Translations under genes and position numbers: made by a program
Source of the DNA: Spirogloea muscicola
Lineage: Eukaryota
NCBI GenBank assembly: GCA_009602725.1
Contig: WELB01000031.1
Location: 559,706 to 593,328, forward strand
DNA: 33,623 nt
Direction: 5' to 3'
Part shown: one piece after another, positions 20,622 to 33,623 of the stretch
Layout of the letters: every line of letters begins with the position of its first letter
Position numbering within the stretch: the first letter of the stretch is position 1
Notes under the pieces: generated by a model
The model's database searches: none
Told to the model about the DNA's origin: nothing
What the model saw: only the letters and a program-made list of their open reading frames with translations

Positions 20622-21802
20622 ATTAGCTGAGCCACAGGCTAGGCAGACTGTAAAGCATCTGGAGAAAAGACTATGTTGTGGCTGTTCTGTGGTGAAAGAG
20701 GAACAAGTACCGCCCATCACTCATGAGAGTGATGGGCGGTCCTTCGTCATGTGCTCTCAATCCGCAGTGCCAAGAGTGTGCTAATTGCATTCGTATACCT
20801 TTCTACCCTCCTCTCGACCTCTCTGATCGAGGCATCGTGTCTGTATGGTACAATGACATAAGCTTAGAAGTACCCTTTGTTCTCCTACTGTATGGTATTC
20901 TCATTCGTGTCAAGCAATGATTCCTGCATCTTCGGTGGTACTACAGCAAGCTTTTGGAGTATGGCTGAGATCTGCAGCTGCTGCCCAGTCAACCTTGCCA
21001 CTATCACGAGCTTCATGTCCTCACCAGCTGAGGAAAGTGGACAAAGTCCAACCTCCTACTAGTGCACCACCTTGACAGCAAGAGTACCACTCCTTGTTGA
21101 CATACGGCATAGCCACAAGGGCTTGTCGAATTACCATCTGGAGACACAGGCTTCCAAGCAATATCCGTATAGCCGTGCTAATTGTAGTCAATACAAGCAC
21201 TAATCTATTTGATGGAAGCAACACAGTCAGCAAAGCGACAACGTGGTCTGAAGGACTTGGGCCCCAAATTGGGAGCCTCGCCTATGTTGCCATCGCCGTC
21301 ACAGGTTACTAGATGTACCTGGGGAGCTCAAGGCTCCCTCAACGGCACATGAGGACCTACTCTAGTTTCTGGCCAATGTGTCTTAGAAGCAGGCCTACAT
21401 TACTGTGCTCTTATTGCACATGGTAGCTTGGACTATGATGTTAGAAAGGCCTATGTCAAAGTTGCCTTCGCCCCGCCCTACCTAGGACTATATAGGAACT
21501 TCGCCTCGAAGTCGTGCTGGCATAGAGGGGACTATGTGGGTGGAAACACAACACTACGACACTGCCAACGCAGCAAAGGAGGCACTCTGCCACCACTCTG
21601 CCACATGTTCTCCTAGCGCAGGAGTTGGGAAGGTAAGAGATGCGTGGGCTTGGTAGAAGGACAGTAGGAGGTTCGGCTGACGGAGATGAGGGTTGCAATC
21701 ACCGTACTTGGTCACTGCCTTCGGGAAAGGCCAATGTGGGCAGCGAGATGCTGATGCAAGGGACTTATGCTAATGCGTGGATCCTCATGGCAGGCGACGT
21801 AT

Positions 21803-28717
<6,915 letters not shown>

Positions 28718-29252
28718 CGCAGCGTGCGGCGGCGCCTGCGTCGGCGGCGCGGCTCTCCTCGTCGCAAGCGCCCGCGAGCGTCACACGGCCGCTGCTGCGG
28801 GCGCCCTGCGGCGGCGACAAAAGCCNCGCCGCCGCCGCCGCAGGCACAGCCGCCGCCGCGGGGCCCTGGCGGCGCGCCATGGCGGCCATGGCGGCGCGGG
28901 GGGTGTGGAGCCGCCTGGTATGATCTCGGGGAGGCCAGGAGCCACGCCCCCGCCCACTTTTCCGGGCAGCTTCCCCGGAAAAAAGAAGAAAGGAACCCGC
29001 GGGGGGTCGATCGGGGGGAACCGGATTAAATCATCGATCCAGTGGTGCTTTCTTTCGTTCAGCCGCCTCGCTCGGTCTCACGGACAACAGGAAGACATGA
29101 CGACAAACAGCGACAAACAACGACGACACAAATAGCAAACCTGTGGTAAGGCGGTGAGGCCAGCCCCAATGCAGATCCGAAAAGCGGCCCAGTCGAAAGC
29201 CGGAGGCAGCAGATTGCCTGCCCCACGTCGCAAGCTTGGTGGTCCAAATTCA

Positions 29253-30803
29253 GGAAGAAGAAGCAGCAGCTCGAGTCGCCAGGGAGCGGCTAGCAAAGCC
29301 AGCCCAAAAAGAAAAAGAAAGCTAGCGCGCACAACTGAGTTCCGCGGTTACCCAAGAGAAGGAAGAACTCTTACCAGTAGACGGCGATGGCTGTGATTCG
29401 AGGAGAAGTGGCTCTTCCAACAGGGGCAAGGGCTGTGATTGGCCAGCCCAGGAACAAGAAATTGCTCGCCCAGGAAAAGGAATGAACAAATTTCCAAAAG
29501 AGAGCACACAGCGACTAAAGTGGCCACTGGGCTGGGTGCTCACTGTCCCCTGTGCCTGTTGAGCAGCTGCAGGTTAGAGAAACGAAGAAGAGAAACTAGT
29601 CACCAAGGGGAGCAGAAGAAAGAGCTCGCCCATTGAGGATAGGGGCTGGAACAGCCAGCCCAAAAAAGAATGAGCAGAGTACAAGAAGCCCAAGAAGAAG
29701 AAGGGGGCCAGGCGAAGCACTAAGGCGAAGCACTAAGTAAGAAGCACACAAGAAGAAACAAAGCAGCTACTAACTACTCAGTAACCCCTGCTAAGCAGTC
29801 GCAGGGGAGCAGGCCGCTTTAGTAGCTGCTTTGTTTCTTCTTGTGTGCTTTCTTAGTGCTTCGCCTTAGTGCTTCGCCTGGCCCGCGAGCCCTTCTTCTC
29901 TCGCCCAAGTGTATCGCATGCGCCTGTCAGTATTGCTGCAGCGGTCCATGGCATGATGTCTTAGTCCTCGTCCTTCGCACTCCGGCTGCTTCAGACGTTG
30001 TCCATTCCGTTGGGCTGGCCTTTCCCAGCCACCAGTCAATCTGGCCGCGCTTTCTTTTTCCATGGCACACGCGTTGTTGCATCTGCGTGCCGGTTGCGCT
30101 TTGGCTGCAGCCTCTAGCTATAGACAGGGGACCTGCTATCCGGAGACTACTATCTCTGACCTGCGGCTGCTCAGTAGGGGATATTGACCACCCAGTGGCC
30201 ATTTGAGTGGCTGCGTGCTTCAGCACTTTCATGCTTTGTTCAATCTTATTTTCTGGGCTGGCCACTCACAGCCATCGCCCTCTACTGGATGAGTCTTTCT
30301 CTCAGGAAGTGAGCTCTTTCACCTTGTCCATTTGGCCTCTCACAGCCACCATTTAATTTGGAAGCGCTATTCTTTCACTGGGACGACTTCGTTCTGCTGG
30401 TCATCGATGTGTACGGGGCTTGCGGGTCTCAGTGGCTAGACCTGTTGGCCCCACTTAGGCGCAAGCTGTGTTCCCGCAGGCAGGGCGAGCAGGCTGACTT
30501 CAACGCCGCTGGCTCGCAATCGCAGGTGGTTTGCATGCGCCTGTCCATATCCCTCCAGCGGTCCATGGCCCACGCCTTGCATCTGCATGCTGGCCATGCT
30601 CTAGCTGCCGAGCCCCTGGGTTTGGGGTTTAGATCGAAAGAAAGAGCTCGCCCATTGAGGATAGGGCCTGGAACAGCCAGCCCAAAAAAGAATGAGCAGA
30701 GTACAAGAAGCCCAAGAAGAAGGGGGCCAGGCGAAGCACTGAGGCGTAGCACTAAGAAAGAAGCACACAAGAAGAAACAAAGCAGCTACTAACTACTCAG
30801 TAC
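29253..30803. mobile_element. Third cluster of nested and stacked CRE-like fragments (about 10 pieces, both strands)
   Basis: Minus-strand 3' ends starting near 29253, 29357, 29401, 29451, plus 29616-29802 (TSD AGGGGAGCAG) and 30636-30803 (TSD TTAGATC). Plus-strand pieces: 29819-29900; ~29900-30303 (AQVYRMRLS..SDLRLLSRGY*), interrupted by 29954-30058 (TSD TCCATGGCA); ~30375-30610 (VIDVYGACGSQWLDLL..MRLSISLQRSMAHALH). Confidence 0.85.
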
Positions 30804-32200
30804 TTAGATCCCCAACGCTATAACCGCCATAATTGCTACTTGGGGCTTATGGAGCGGCCTTCCGGCGTCATTCTTTGCGTCTCATCTAGTCTCTCCATCT
30901 CTTCTAGTCTAGTCCTTTCTCATTTTGTGCTACTATCCTGAGTGACTGGCACGTCTCCAGTTCGCTTTTTTATTTGAAGGCAAGACATAATCCACACCCT
31001 TTCTGCAACTCAGGCCTTGTCTATGCACATGCATGCAACATGGTGGCAGTCAAGAGCCTCATCTTCCTGTTAGCGGGCTCCACCTTTGCCATGAATTAGG
31101 TTGGCTGCTTTCATGTACATAACGGAAGCTGTTCGAGGACGCCACTACGTGCCTACCTCTCCCATCGCTGGCGCCTCTACCGGACTCTGTCCAAGCTCGT
31201 CAGTGCTGTTTACCTACAAACACAGCCAGTAAGAAGCAAGGAGCTGCTTCATCATGTATGTCTGTCCGTCCTATGGTTGCTGCTGGTGACAGTGCTCCTG
31301 TGCCAGGCTGACGTACAGAGGGGTATTATAGACGAGTGAGGTCTGCTCAGATCGACACTGATACTGGCTTGAGAAAGTACAACCTCATAAGAGCAAAGCT
31401 CCAAAGGGTGACTCAACAATTTAAGCAGCAGTCAGCTATAGGCTTGTCGCAAGGCTACTGCCCTTGAGCAGACTGTTTGTTACGAAGATGATTGTCTGCA
31501 ACCTTGGTCACAGCACTTCCCAAGATCTGACAGCAGTAATACATTTACAATACTGCGTGGAGAGGAGCACCTCTGATTGTCACATATGTTAGGATCGTGC
31601 CATGCCATCAATAGTGCTGACAAAATAGCTCTGCATCTGTCATGGGTTTGAAGCCTTTCTTGTGTAACTCGTGGGTGGCTCTGCAGTGACAGTGCATCCA
31701 CATCATTAGCACCCAATTAAAGTACCTCACTTGAAACCATATCTGTGCATGTGAGCATTTTGGTGCTGCCTTTTGAAGCTGCCACTTAGATACAGACTAT
31801 GTTCTAGTACATCCATCAAAGCGTCATCAAAATTTTGCTGGCTGCCTGCTGCTTGCAGCCTGCAGCTCAAGCAGGTGCTGCTTGAGCAGCAACTAATGGC
31901 AGGTGCTGCTCGAGCACATCCGAAGTCGGACCAGAGTCAGTGGACGCCAACACCTGAGGTTTGGCACTCCTAAAGCAGGCCACTGCACTCGAAGAAGGGC
32001 CTTGCAGCAAACCGCTGGTCGTAATCAGCTTGTGTACAAGCCTCAGTACAACTAATCTTGGTCTACCTGTACTCTGACTGTGTAGTTTGACAACCCTGAT
32101 GGCACTCAGGCGCGTGCCGATCGAATCATACGCTTTCACCCCTTGATCCCCCACTCTACACAAAAACTAGCTGTAGACTCAGGACTCAGAGCCCCATAAC

Positions 32201-33577
32201 TCAATACGTTAAAGCTAACAAGGTCCAGGAGCGGCGCTGCAGCAGCAAGGCCAGCGCAAGCAGGGCAAGGCCTGCCAGAGCGCCGGCCGAGCCCCACGAT
32301 GCGATGACTGTGCCCAGGAAGGCCGCAAACGCCGTGGTGGTGTACGCGGCTGCGTCGGCCTCCCCAGGCAAACCCAGGCGGCGCCGCGCCCAGAGAGCTA
32401 CACGCACAACTGCGAACGTATGCCTGCAGCTCCCCCATACAGCGATGCAGGACATACGCATTGCATTCAGCCTCCGCCTCAATTCAAGCGATCCACGTGC
32501 TGTTGGTGAAGCTGCAGTGCATAGTGGCGAAGGAGCAGTCACAGTCTCGCCGGCGGGCCTCACCCATAAAGCTGGAGCTGGAAGGCACGGCGTGTGCTGC
32601 GCGGCCGCGCTAGCAGCCGCAGCCCTGCGGCGCTCCAGAGGGCGCCTGCGGTGGCGTACCCGGGGCCCGTCGCAGCAACGTGACCAGCGGCAAGGGGCGC
32701 AAGCGCGATCGCTGTCGGCCCACAGATCAGCGCCGCTGGCCACCACAGAGAAGACCCCACAGTTAGTTACACGCTAGATAGGCCGCGGACAGCGCCGCCG
32801 GGCACGGGCGACCACAATCACGGCAACGTTGCCGCAACTACAGCAGTGTGCAAGACACAGCAGCAGTCAAGCCCCACTGCCGCATGATCAACCTGCCAAG
32901 CCCTGGACGGCGAACACGGCAGGGTGCGGGAGCAGGAGCAGGCCGAGCGCGCCGGCGGCGAGTGTGAGCACGGCGCCGGCGACATGCCAGGAGATTGCTG
33001 CACCGTAGTATGCAACGCTGCCCCTCAGGAACGCCTGCAGACGTCCATCAGCGACCACCCAGCAGCACCCATGAGCACGCTTGCGCAGCAGCGGCAGCAG
33101 GCAGGGCCGCTGGCACGATGACGTAACGACGCAGACCGTGGCCACCATGGCGGCCGCCTTGGCTGGCTGACATGGGTTCAGAATCTGAGTCCCAATGGGG
33201 ATCATGGGTTGGGATGCCGGCACACCTTCGCCTGGACGTATTGGCGCAGCACGAGCGCGTCGAGGACGAGCAGGCCGCCTGCTCAGCAACGAGCGCTGAG
33301 CGCTTGAGCGATCAGCTCGAGCTGGGCGAAGCACTGAGCTGCATCCGAGCTGCGCAATGGCCGCCAGACGGCGATCCCGGCGTGGCAGCTCGTGACAGCT
33401 GCTGCGCCTTCTCCGCCACTAAGGTCACGCTCGCATGGACGCCACGAGCACTCTGGCGGCCATATGACAAAGCCATACGGCAAGACGAAGTGGTGTACCC
33501 GTAATGCAGAGCTCCGGCAAGCCGAGCGAGGCGATGGCGGCGGCGGGCTGCACAGGCCGCAGCCGGCCCGCCGCCAT
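32201..33577 (-). CDS. Multi-pass membrane protein, possibly DUF2306-like, ~222 aa from ATG 33577 (frame is open to the window edge). Exons: 33577-33499, 33278-33226, 33034-32893, 32735-32564, 32423-32201
   Basis: Four GT-AG introns join in phase to give several hydrophobic segments (WHVAGAVLTLAAGALGLLLL, AALICGPTAIALA, AGALWSAAGL, YGHTFAVVRV). The family assignment is pattern recall only. Confidence 0.6.
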
Positions 33578-33623
33578 GGCACGCCGCCGCAGCGGCAACG
33601 GCGGGGCCGGCGGCCCATGCGCC

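Noticed and set aside
20630..21780. Possible degenerate gag-like or other coding relic
   Set aside because: No sustained ORF, splice model or recognisable motif.

Overview
Intron-rich, GC-rich eukaryotic DNA, most consistent with a streptophyte green alga or basal plant (inferred from the plant-type CHR5 and PI4K-beta architectures). I built four host gene models by hand with GT-AG introns in consistent phase: CHD1/CHR5 chromatin remodeller (+, 6651-16621, 28 exons), a bacterial-like class I SAM methyltransferase (-, 17733-~19902, interrupted by an assembly gap), PI4-kinase beta (-, 21803-28717, 16 exons) and a DUF2306-like membrane protein (-, 32201-33577+). The most striking feature is a swarm of at least 25 pieces of CRE-like (RT + CCHC + restriction-like endonuclease) non-LTR retrotransposons from several subfamilies. 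Most pieces are very short 5'-truncated 3' ends (30-450 bp) carrying a 3' hairpin and a (TC)n/(TTC)n tail, and many have clear target-site duplications (TSDs). They are nested in one another or stacked head-to-tail, and occur only in three clusters (1-6540, 20338-20621, 29253-30803). Each cluster lies just upstream of a host start codon; I saw none in introns or in the convergent 3' intergenic region.
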